This document shows, piece by piece, positions 9,982 to 17,832 of a stretch of DNA of 32,000 nt. The DNA is from Nostoc sp. PCC 7120 = FACHB-418. GTDB lineage: Bacteria > Cyanobacteriota > Cyanobacteriia > Cyanobacteriales > Nostocaceae. The stretch is from the NCBI RefSeq assembly GCF_000009705.1, contig NC_003272.1, positions 480,001-512,000 of the forward strand, read 5' to 3'. How positions within the stretch are numbered: position 1 is the stretch's first letter; each line of letters starts with the position of its first letter. Below the pieces are notes generated by a model. The model was not told where the DNA came from, ran no database searches, and saw nothing but the letters and a program-made list of their open reading frames with translations. A program made the position numbers and the translations under genes.

Positions 9982-11166
9982 CTACAAGTATTTCCCAAAC
10001 TGATGTACAAGAGAAATTGCTTGTTGGTACAAAGACATATTGACTTCGTGGACTTCGACTCCTTTCCCGATATGTTGTAAGAGAGTCAAGGTTAATTCAC
10101 CGCCCAAGTGTTCACGAAATTCAGTTAAACCTGCAAATAGAGATGATGTTGCAGCTAGTTCTGGTACATACAGCTTGAAGCCCAGCCCTGCTAATGTATT
10201 TAATATTTGTTGCCACTCTGCATAAGTTAACCATCCCAGCAGGTAAGAATAGGTACTATCTAAAGCAATACCAATAGCTACAGCTTCACCATGACGTAGA
10301 TTATAATCTGTCAACTGCTCTAGTTTATGAGCTGCCCAATGTCCAAAATCTAGAGGACGGGATGAACCTTTTTCAAAAGGGTCGCCACCAGCAATATGTT
10401 CCAAATGTAGCTGGGCGCAACGATAGATTAGCTGTTGCATAGTATCCATATCGCGGCGGACAAGGGCTGTAGTGTGTTCATGGATAAAATCAAAGAAACC
10501 CACATCCTTAATTAATGCAACTTTTATAGCTTCAGCAATTCCACAACGCCAATCGCGATCGCATAATGTACTCAAGAATGCAGAATCATTGATTACCGCA
10601 TAAGGTGGGGCAAATGTACCTAAAAAGTTCTTCTTACCAAAAGCATTAACACCATTTTTCACCCCGATACCGGAATCATTCTGCGCTAAAACCGTTGTCG
10701 GAATCCGAATCAATCTCACTCCCCTATGTGCTGTAGCGGCTGCATATCCTATCAAATCCAACACAGCACCACCCCCAATTCCCAACACATAGGAGTGACG
10801 ACATATCCCCGCCGCTTCCACCAATTGATGAATTTTATTTAACAACAGAGGGTCATTCTTCACCGCTTCTCCACCAGGAACAACTATTGGTTCGACAGCC
10901 AGAGTTAACACCTCAGCATAGAACTTTGCATAGTTCGTAATTTGCTGGAGTAAATCCGGCCAGAACTCCAACAATCCCCCATCTACCACCGCTATGATTT
11001 TCTTTGGTTTCCTTTCCCCATCGAAAGCAATAACCTGTGCTAAAGTAGCATTTTTTAAACTAAACAAACTATCAGTAAAATAAATTTCATAATTAAAACT
11101 CACCGCAAAATTTTGACTAATAGACTGTACATCAAACTGAGCTTTTCGTTGAACATCAAACATCAT
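9982..11166 (-). CDS. eboD: 3-dehydroquinate-synthase-like sugar phosphate cyclase (EboD-type; could also serve as aroB)
   Basis: 394-aa ORF with GGGAVLDLIGYAAATAHRGVRLIRIPTTVLAQNDSGIGVKNGVN and HGEAVAIG, the DHQS/sugar phosphate cyclase nucleotide and metal motifs. Confidence 0.8.
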   Translation of the reverse strand: MMFDVQRKAQFDVQSISQNFAVSFNYEIYFTDSLFSLKNATLAQVIAFDGERKPKKIIAVVDGGLLEFWPDLLQQITNYAKFYAEVLTLAVEPIVVPGGEAVKNDPLLLNKIHQLVEAAGICRHSYVLGIGGGAVLDLIGYAAATAHRGVRLIRIPTTVLAQNDSGIGVKNGVNAFGKKNFLGTFAPPYAVINDSAFLSTLCDRDWRCGIAEAIKVALIKDVGFFDFIHEHTTALVRRDMDTMQQLIYRCAQLHLEHIAGGDPFEKGSSRPLDFGHWAAHKLEQLTDYNLRHGEAVAIGIALDSTYSYLLGWLTYAEWQQILNTLAGLGFKLYVPELAATSSLFAGLTEFREHLGGELTLTLLQHIGKGVEVHEVNMSLYQQAISLVHQFGKYL

Positions 11167-11212
11167 ATATAATCACTTCCAAAATTCCATATAAACAAGC
11201 AAATATCCTCAT

Positions 11213-11310
11213 CAACCCTCAGCGCCCCTCCCTTCGGGTTCACCAGTCGCCTGCGGAGGGAAACCCTCCCGCAGCGCTGGTTCACCGCGTTAACCTTAGC
11301 GCCCCTCCGC
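11213..11310. repeat. GC-rich structured repeat element (MITE-like or small dispersed repeat) in the tyrA-eboD spacer
   Basis: A stem of about 17 bp with 2 bulges: CCAG(T)CGCCTGCGG(A)GGG-AAA-CCCT(C)CCGCAGCGCTGG (11243-11280). It is flanked by GGTTCACC direct repeats (11237, 11279) and AGCGCCCCTCC direct repeats (11221, 11298). GC content is far above the surrounding sequence. Confidence 0.7.
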
Positions 11311-11319
11311 GTTAAAAAC

Positions 11320-12165
11320 TCATCCCTTAACCTCAGCAATTGGATAAGAAAAAATAACCTTATTTTCCTCAAATTCCCTAATTAAACCCTCCCTATCTTT
11401 CTGCACCACCAACTTAGCCAAACGACCATAAGTATCAGCTAAATCATTAATTGTCTGACATCTTTCCTCAGTAGCTAACATAATGTCAACACATAAACTA
11501 GGACTCTGACGAAATAAGCGTTTGATAATTTCAATTTCTTGACGATAACTCGGAGATGACATTAACAAACTACGTTCTAAATCAACATTCGCTTGAGCCA
11601 AGAAAACCCCAAGGCTAAACCTACAAAAATGCTGCGTAGCTTGAATAAACACCATCATTTCGTCATGTTCTTCTGGTGTGCAAGTAATTAACTCACCACC
11701 TTGAGTTTCAATAAAATCTAATAACCATTGAAATGCTTCATCATTCCGACCAGGACACACCACTACCTTTTGTCCAGAAAAAGAGGTGACACTAGGCCCA
11801 AACATAGGATGTAAACCCATCACAGCACCATTGTGATGTGTCAACATAGCTTGAGTTGGCTGAGTTTTAATACTTGTAATATCACACAAAGCCGTATTTA
11901 CAGAGAGGTATTTTGCTGTACGTTTGATGACATCCAATGTATATTCAATAGGAACAGAAACTATCACTAAATCTGCCTGACTTAATAATTCCTCTGCATC
12001 GTCCCAATCTTGTTGTCCTAAAGCACTAACTTTATGACCCACAGCCACAAGTTTCTCAGCGAATAACTTGCCCATTCTTCCACGTCCACCAATAATAGTG
12101 ATATGTCGAGCTTTGACATAATTTATTGATGGAAACTTCCGGTCAAGTGAAGATTGTAAAGTCAT
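11320..12165 (-). CDS. tyrA: Prephenate/arogenate dehydrogenase
   Basis: 281-aa ORF with the Rossmann motif ITIIGGRGRMGKLFAEKL and the catalytic-His motif GLHPMFGP of the TyrA family. Confidence 0.85.
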   Translation of the reverse strand: MTLQSSLDRKFPSINYVKARHITIIGGRGRMGKLFAEKLVAVGHKVSALGQQDWDDAEELLSQADLVIVSVPIEYTLDVIKRTAKYLSVNTALCDITSIKTQPTQAMLTHHNGAVMGLHPMFGPSVTSFSGQKVVVCPGRNDEAFQWLLDFIETQGGELITCTPEEHDEMMVFIQATQHFCRFSLGVFLAQANVDLERSLLMSSPSYRQEIEIIKRLFRQSPSLCVDIMLATEERCQTINDLADTYGRLAKLVVQKDREGLIREFEENKVIFSYPIAEVKG

Positions 12166-12210
12166 TTTCCCAGTCTCTAATTTTATATATTAAATTTGCA
12201 TAAGCTAGGG

Positions 12211-13149
12211 TTAAGTCACAGCAAAAATTCGAGACAAGATCATAGAAATTGGTAAAAGACCTAGAACTAGTAACCCATAAGGTAAACCAGCAAAACCCGC
12301 AGCTATGGTACTATCTAAAACGATTAAAAATAGCACCCCTGTTTTAACAGCAATCCTGATTTGTTCTGGCGTAGGTTGACGCGCAGCTTTGATAAATGGA
12401 ATTAATACTCGGATAGTCAACAATATGAGGAATGGTAAAGCCGTGAGGACTTGATAATTTGTCAGTAATCCTAAACCCAAAAGCCCGAAAATAACTGCTA
12501 CTATCAATAACAATGCTGTTATCCCCGTACTCAGTTTTCCGCCATGTACTTCACCCCTACTCAAAGCGGTGATGGCAGCAATGTAAACTATGGGAATCAA
12601 CGCGAGAAACCAATATTCACCTATCAAGCTTGGGACAACACTCACCCCCAACAACAAGTTACCACCCCGACAAAATCCCATGTTAATGGGGCCGAAAATT
12701 GGTTGGTGTTTCCCAAAAGCATCATACAATAATGCGGAGGTAGCGATCGCCAGAGCCAATACCATACTCACCCACGAAACCTGCACCGCCCCCACCACAC
12801 CCAAAATCAACAGCGAACTTCCCAATAAACTTGCCCCAGTCCGAGATACCCTACCACTAGGAATCGGTCTTTCTGGACGTTCTTGGGCATCTAGTTCAGC
12901 ATCAAAGACATCGTTAAATACAATACCGCCGCCATACAAGCCTGTGGTAGCTAGTAGTAACCATAGTAATGGTACTATGTCAACTTGTATAAAATATCCC
13001 GAAGCAGCAAAGCCAGCCATGATGTCTGCCCAGGCGGTGATAATATTGGCAGGTCGCAATAATTGCAGATATGCCCACAAGGAACGGGTGTTTAGGGTTG
13101 CGGTGTTCATGATTTTACTCACGCAGAAACAGAAGTGATACCAATTCAA
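12211..13149 (-). CDS. eboC: UbiA-family aromatic prenyltransferase, polytopic membrane protein (EboC-type)
   Basis: 312-aa hydrophobic ORF with the Asp-rich motif NDVFDAELDAQERPERPIPSG. The track start at 13149 is TTG. ATG 13110 (MNTATLNT) is the alternative. Confidence 0.85.
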   Translation of the reverse strand: MNWYHFCFCVSKIMNTATLNTRSLWAYLQLLRPANIITAWADIMAGFAASGYFIQVDIVPLLWLLLATTGLYGGGIVFNDVFDAELDAQERPERPIPSGRVSRTGASLLGSSLLILGVVGAVQVSWVSMVLALAIATSALLYDAFGKHQPIFGPINMGFCRGGNLLLGVSVVPSLIGEYWFLALIPIVYIAAITALSRGEVHGGKLSTGITALLLIVAVIFGLLGLGLLTNYQVLTALPFLILLTIRVLIPFIKAARQPTPEQIRIAVKTGVLFLIVLDSTIAAGFAGLPYGLLVLGLLPISMILSRIFAVT

Positions 13150-13197
13150 AATTCAAAATACCCTACGGGTTCTCCGCAGGAGTACAAAATTCAAAAA
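13144..13197. repeat. ATTCAAA heptamer pairs flanking a GC-rich core ACCCTACGGGTTCTCCGCAGGAG
   Basis: Read directly. The core shares CGGGTTC and CCGCAG strings with the element at 11213-11310. The flanks are the same heptamer as at 14267-14294 but in opposite orientation. Confidence 0.6.
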
Positions 13198-13280
13198 TCT
13201 AGATTTTGCAAATGTTTCTGGGTTTAGCTCTGTATCAGAATTTTAGTGAAATGGTATTAGAGAGATTTTTAGATAATGAG

Positions 13281-14213
13281 TTATTCAATCAGTGCATATT
13301 CATGACGCGACTCTACCAATGGTTCTTGTCCTCTGAGGACGGAATTATCACTAAATTTTTGTCTTTGGTCGATTGGTGGGAGGTTTAGCCAGTCGGATTC
13401 TCGCATTTGACCGCTTTGGCCATAGGCTGAAAGTGCATTCTCATAACAGACTTTTTCCACATCCGCTTCAGAAATACCTCGTTCCAGCATCAGTAAAGCT
13501 GTTTTAGGTACAGCTAAGGGGTCACTCACTCCCCAGTCTGCACTACTGTCTACAATGATCCTATTGCTCCCATATTGACGGACAATTTCTACCATGCGAG
13601 CATTGCCCATTTTGGTATTTGGGTAAATGGTAAACGCTGCCCAAAAACCTCTGTCTAGAACTTCTTTGACTGTTTCTTCGTTATTGTGGTCTACAATCAC
13701 CTGGGAAGGTTTTAACCCATGCTCAATGCAGACATCCATACTCCGGCTTGTACCCGCTTTTTTATCTCGGTGTGGTGTATGAATCATCACCAAGATATCT
13801 AATTCTCTCGCCAGTTCTAGTTGCAGGCGAAAATACTTATCTTCGGCAGGTGTCATATCGTCATAGCCAATTTCCCCAATAGCCACTACACCTTCTTTAC
13901 AAGCATATAAAGGCAAAAGTTCCATGACTTGCTCGGCTAAGACTTCGTTGTTAGCTTCCTTAGAATTTAGTCCAATTGTGCAGTAATGTTTAATACCAAA
14001 CTGTGAAGCTCTAAACCTTTCCCACCCAACCAAACTGCTGAAATAATCTTGAAACGAACCAACATTAGTACGCGGTTGTCCAAACCAAAAAGCAGGCTCA
14101 ATCACCGCCACAATTCCCGACTGACGCATCTTTTCATAATCATCAGTGGTACGCGAACTCATGTGAATGTGAGGATCAATAAACATCATATCTTTAGTAA
14201 TAAAGTTGTTCAT
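13281..14213 (-). CDS. eboB: TatD-family metal-dependent hydrolase (EboB-type)
   Basis: 310-aa ORF with the amidohydrolase/TatD motifs FIDPHIHM, MIHTPH, VDHNNEE and DSSADWG. Confidence 0.8.
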   Translation of the reverse strand: MNNFITKDMMFIDPHIHMSSRTTDDYEKMRQSGIVAVIEPAFWFGQPRTNVGSFQDYFSSLVGWERFRASQFGIKHYCTIGLNSKEANNEVLAEQVMELLPLYACKEGVVAIGEIGYDDMTPAEDKYFRLQLELARELDILVMIHTPHRDKKAGTSRSMDVCIEHGLKPSQVIVDHNNEETVKEVLDRGFWAAFTIYPNTKMGNARMVEIVRQYGSNRIIVDSSADWGVSDPLAVPKTALLMLERGISEADVEKVCYENALSAYGQSGQMRESDWLNLPPIDQRQKFSDNSVLRGQEPLVESRHEYALIE

Positions 14214-14248
14214 AACTTTGATTTTTTTGGAGAATTGCAGGAAAATAA

Positions 14249-15022
14249 CTATTGACTATTGACTTTTTTTGAATTTTGAATTTTGAATTTTGAATTGGAG
14301 CAAAGCGACTTGACACACTCCACCAATTGCCACAGTTCAGACGAAACTGGACGGTTTGCACTCTGGCGTTCCTGAGCATAATCAACTAACATCCTCGCTA
14401 ACTCACTGTTAGCACGCACATCTAAACCCTGAATTAAATGCAGAGGACTACCCACAAATAACGCTTTCAACACCATCTGATTCCATGCCAAAGTATCAAA
14501 ATACTCTGCTGCATAAGGATTACGTAAAGCCACAGCGTTAAATACTGCTGTCATATTGCTACGCACACCTTCCGCCGCCCGTTTTTGCCATCGTTCTGGA
14601 TAAGCTAATAGAGGTAAGGCTTGATAAAGTGCAACTAATTCGCTAACATCTGCCGATATGAATACTTGCTCTAAAGTGTGTAAATATTTTTCTGTATTAT
14701 CTTGTGGCAACGCTAAAACTAATATTGTCCGTGCAGCTTGCTCTACACTCCAATGACCAGGAAACCAACCTGTATGTAGTGCTGAAGCTGCTTTTAAATC
14801 CTCTGGTGTTAGTTGCAATTGGTCTTTAGTCACATAACGAGACACCATACTAAACGCAGTGAAAAATTCTCGTCCAGTGACACTATTTTTAATTTGTTCC
14901 TTTTTTTCATCAAGCCAGATAATAGTTTTTTTATCTACCACTTGTGAAATCCAGTAACGTAATAAACTACTAATACTAGTTGTTTTTATAGTAATTAAAG
15001 CAGACATAATTTTAATTTCCAT
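14249..15022 (-). CDS. eboA: Conserved protein of unknown function at the head of the ebo genes (EboA-type)
   Basis: 257-aa ORF with no catalytic motif that I recognise. It is assigned by its position directly upstream of the TatD/UbiA genes. The C-terminal tail SKFKIQNSKKVNSQ is encoded by heptamer repeats. Confidence 0.55.
   Translation of the reverse strand: MEIKIMSALITIKTTSISSLLRYWISQVVDKKTIIWLDEKKEQIKNSVTGREFFTAFSMVSRYVTKDQLQLTPEDLKAASALHTGWFPGHWSVEQAARTILVLALPQDNTEKYLHTLEQVFISADVSELVALYQALPLLAYPERWQKRAAEGVRSNMTAVFNAVALRNPYAAEYFDTLAWNQMVLKALFVGSPLHLIQGLDVRANSELARMLVDYAQERQSANRPVSSELWQLVECVKSLCSNSKFKIQNSKKVNSQ
14251..14294. repeat. Two adjacent heptamer arrays: ATTGACT x2 (14251-14264) and TTTTGAA x4 (14267-14294)
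   Basis: Read directly. These are STRR-type tandem heptamers overlapping the 3' end of eboA. Confidence 0.9.
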
Positions 15023-15032
15023 TTATTTATTT

Positions 15033-15069
15033 GTCTCTGTGGATAAATCAATTTTTAAACCACAGAGAC
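15033..15069 (-). promoter_or_regulatory. Perfect 10-bp stem (GTCTCTGTGG / CCACAGAGAC) with a 17-nt loop in the scyF-eboA spacer
   Basis: Read directly. There is no U-tract on the minus strand, so it is more likely an intercistronic processing or stability hairpin than a terminator. Confidence 0.5.
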
Positions 15070-15092
15070 ACAGAGAAATAATCTTGATAAGC

Positions 15093-16292
15093 CTAGATGA
15101 TAGACTTTTGTAATCTTCTATCTAAACTAATGCTTGACTTGCGCTGTCTATTTTTCCGTAATTTTGTCACAGTAAAACCTAATCCCAACAAGCCTAAACC
15201 CAACATTGAAGTAGGCTCAGGTACTTGAGTTCTGCCTTCTACCGCTAACACTTGAACACGACCTTGGAAGAAATCGCCTACATACACTTTGCCATCATCG
15301 TAATGTAACCCAGCAGACCAGTTAAATCTGCCTGGTGTTAAATCAATAGGAGTACCATAAGGAGTAGTTCCGCCAAGTGCTGGAGGTGTAGGTGGTGGGA
15401 CAATTTCACCAGCAGCATTGCGGGTTGGTTCGCCAAAGGTAGTTAGGAAGTTACCGTCTTTATCAAATACTTGCACACGACTATTTTGAGAATCTGCGAC
15501 ATAGATATTTTCGTATTCATCTACATCAATACCGATTGGTTCTCTAAATTGACCGGGTGCGGAACCTGTAGAACCAAAGGCAAATAAGAAGTTACCATCT
15601 GGGTCAAGAACTTGGACGCGACCATTGTATTGGTCATTGATATAAATTCTGCCAGTGTTGTCAGAGATGATTAAGCCTCCAGGCCCGGAAAATTGCCCAT
15701 CTCCACTTCCAGGACTGCCAATAGTTCTAATTTCTACCCCATCTGGGTTATATACTTTGATGATATCTGCACTAAAGTCAGTTACATACAAATTACCAGC
15801 TTTATCAAAATCCATTCCTCCAGGGCCGAAGAATAATCTATCCTCTACAGCCCCACTAAATGAACCATAAGATGTCTTAAAATTACCTTGGGCATCGAAA
15901 ACATTAATCCGACTGTTGAAAACATCACCAACGTGTAAATCACCTGTGATGGGATTAAATCTGAGGTCTGCTGGCTCGTCGAACTGTCCAGGGCCGCTAC
16001 CTGTGCTACCAATTGCTCTCAGAAAGTTACCTTGACTATCAAATACATCCACACGGTCAATACCACGACCGTTACTAATAAAAATATTCTTAGTAGAGTC
16101 TTGTACCCCTATACCTTGGGGAACCGCCAATGTTCCAGGGACACCAGGAAAGTCACCGTTCACAAAAGTAGCAGGTCTACCAATACTACTTTCGTATTTT
16201 AAGGTGACAGCTTTGGCTTCGCTTACGGCTGCTAGTGTCATCAATCCAGCACCCACAAGTGTGATTGAAAATTTTGTTAATAGTGCCATCAC
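15093..16292 (-). CDS. scyF: Secreted NHL-repeat beta-propeller protein with a PEP-CTERM tail (ScyF)
   Basis: 399 aa. It has a signal peptide (MMALLTKFSITLVGAGLMTLAAVSEAKA) and at least 5 NHL-like repeats (GSGPGQF..P..L..D..G.LYV.D..N.R.QVFD..GNF). The C-terminus is VPEPTSMLGLGLLGLGFTVTKLRKNRQRK. Confidence 0.8.
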   Translation of the reverse strand: MMALLTKFSITLVGAGLMTLAAVSEAKAVTLKYESSIGRPATFVNGDFPGVPGTLAVPQGIGVQDSTKNIFISNGRGIDRVDVFDSQGNFLRAIGSTGSGPGQFDEPADLRFNPITGDLHVGDVFNSRINVFDAQGNFKTSYGSFSGAVEDRLFFGPGGMDFDKAGNLYVTDFSADIIKVYNPDGVEIRTIGSPGSGDGQFSGPGGLIISDNTGRIYINDQYNGRVQVLDPDGNFLFAFGSTGSAPGQFREPIGIDVDEYENIYVADSQNSRVQVFDKDGNFLTTFGEPTRNAAGEIVPPPTPPALGGTTPYGTPIDLTPGRFNWSAGLHYDDGKVYVGDFFQGRVQVLAVEGRTQVPEPTSMLGLGLLGLGFTVTKLRKNRQRKSSISLDRRLQKSII

Positions 16293-16352
16293 AATTAAGC
16301 TCCGGGATTGAATGTAATTTGGTCAGATTTATACAGGTTTTTCATCAGGATG

Positions 16353-16392
16353 AGGGAGATGAGAAATAAGTTCTCACTCCCTACTCCCTACT
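16353..16392 (-). promoter_or_regulatory. Stem-loop AGGGAGATGAGAA / TTCTCACTCCCT followed by heptamer ACTCCCT x2.3 in the scyE-scyF spacer
   Basis: A 12-bp stem with one bulge, read directly. The heptamer array 16376-16392 abuts the scyE stop codon. Confidence 0.45.
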
Positions 16393-17750
16393 TATTTTGT
16401 TGACACAACAACTAACTCTCTGCTACGTTTGCGCTTCTTCAACATTGAAGATGCACCCAACGCCGCCGCAGTTAATGAACCTAATACAGTTGTAGGTTCG
16501 GGAACAGATGTGACATTGACTCGCACGACTTCTCCCGATGGGCCGACACCACGTTTTGTAATGTAAATTGTGTTGTCAGGACTAACAGTGATACCTGTAG
16601 ATGATTCCAGTCCTGCGCCTGCTGCTACTAAAGTTGTCCGAGTTCCATTAGGAGATACTTGAATTAACGAACCCGGTAATTGACTTAAGTCTCTACCTTT
16701 CCACTCAGCTTCATCACTGAATTGTAAGACTAACAAATTGCCAGTTTGATCAAATGTAAGGTCGGTGATGTGTGTAAATCCTTCGGCAAAGACTTCTATT
16801 TCATCATCCTCATTCAGGCGGAAAATTCTTGCTTGACCTTCTGGATAGGGGAAACCAGTATATTCACCAAAATAAATCCTACCATCGGGGCCAAGTGCAA
16901 TCCCTGTGGGTACTGATTGCAGTTCGATAAATTCTGGTGGTGGGCCATCAGGTATGACACCAGGGGGTAGGTCTGGTGAGAGGGGTGGATATTCAGGATT
17001 GCTTACTAATTGTGTAGGTACAGGAAGGGCTTTAACTCCACTACCATCAAGGTTTACACCATAAACAACGTTGCCACCACCATCAGCTACATAAGCGGTA
17101 TTACCTCTAATTGCTAAAGCATAGGGGTTAGTGATGACATCGCCACCGTCGGGATTATTGAATAGTTCATATTCCCCAAAATCAAAGATTTCTGTTAATT
17201 CCTGGGTGTTCAGGTCGGCTTTGTATAATTTAGCCAACGTGGGAGTATCTAATACTTGGTCGGGAGGAACTAAAGGTGCAATGAAGTTTTGTAAGGGTGG
17301 GAATGTCACATTAGTTGCCACAGCATTTAGTTCTCTGTCCCGGTTTCCGGGATTACCAGCATATCCAGCTAAAAGATAGGCATTGCCGAAGGCATCAAAT
17401 TTTAAATCCTGAGGCCCAGCACCTTGTTGTTGAGATGGTTGTAATGCTAGTGAGTCAAAACCATCGAATATGCGGCTTTGCTGACCATTGGGAGTAATTC
17501 TAGTAACTGAACCTGTTTTTCCTGCACAGATTAACTGACCAGCTGTACTGGGAGAGCCTTGGCAATTTCCAGTTCCACCAAGTCCTGTTTCTCCTACGTA
17601 AATATTACCGTCAGGGCCGAAGGTAATACCCCGTGCATTATTGAGTCCGGTGGCGATTGTTGTTAGGCTTGCTGCTTCGGCTGTGTTTGTTGTGGAAACA
17701 GTTGCAATACTAACAGTAAGCAGTGTTAGAGCAAATAGCTTGAGTTTCAT
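16392..17750 (-). CDS. scyE: Secreted ScyD/ScyE-family protein with a PEP-CTERM tail (ScyE)
   Basis: 452 aa with the signal peptide MKLKLFALTLLTVSIATVSTTNTAEA. It is paralogous to the next gene (GLNNARGITFGPDGNIYVGETGLGGTGNC versus GLNNARGLSFGLDGALYVTEAGTGGNGAC). The C-terminus is VPEPTTVLGSLTAAALGASSMLKKRKRSR. Confidence 0.85.
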   Translation of the reverse strand: MKLKLFALTLLTVSIATVSTTNTAEAASLTTIATGLNNARGITFGPDGNIYVGETGLGGTGNCQGSPSTAGQLICAGKTGSVTRITPNGQQSRIFDGFDSLALQPSQQQGAGPQDLKFDAFGNAYLLAGYAGNPGNRDRELNAVATNVTFPPLQNFIAPLVPPDQVLDTPTLAKLYKADLNTQELTEIFDFGEYELFNNPDGGDVITNPYALAIRGNTAYVADGGGNVVYGVNLDGSGVKALPVPTQLVSNPEYPPLSPDLPPGVIPDGPPPEFIELQSVPTGIALGPDGRIYFGEYTGFPYPEGQARIFRLNEDDEIEVFAEGFTHITDLTFDQTGNLLVLQFSDEAEWKGRDLSQLPGSLIQVSPNGTRTTLVAAGAGLESSTGITVSPDNTIYITKRGVGPSGEVVRVNVTSVPEPTTVLGSLTAAALGASSMLKKRKRSRELVVVSTK

Positions 17751-17832
17751 ACTTGATTAAGAATGAGAGTTAGTAATTGGTGGGAGGATTAATAATTTGG
17801 ATTGGGTGTTTGTGGGAGAAGACAACGCGATT

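Noticed and set aside
9982-11166. Calling the DHQS-like gene a plain shikimate-pathway aroB
   Set aside because: It sits directly upstream of the TIM-barrel and phosphodiesterase genes, and its PTTVLAQNDSGIGVKNG loop differs from the PTTLLxxVDSSVGGKT I recall for canonical AroB. This favours the Ebo-type sugar phosphate cyclase. A dual or aroB role cannot be excluded without a phylogeny, so I left this as a caveat.
11163-11372. 69-aa minus-strand ORF spanning the tyrA-eboD spacer
   Set aside because: It is a translation of the GC-rich repeat element (RRGAKVNAVNQRCGRVSLRRR) and overlaps both neighbouring genes. It is better explained as a non-coding structured repeat.
12544-13138. 182-aa and 62-aa plus-strand ORFs opposite eboC
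   Set aside because: These are antisense ORFs within a membrane-protein gene that has a clear UbiA Asp-rich motif on the minus strand. Long shadow ORFs like this are common opposite biased-composition genes.
14251-14294. Possible CRISPR array (this and the other tandem repeats at 2598, 19094 and 30668)
   Set aside because: The units are 7-8 nt and directly abutting, with no spacers, and no cas genes are present. These are STRR-type microsatellite-like repeats, not CRISPRs.
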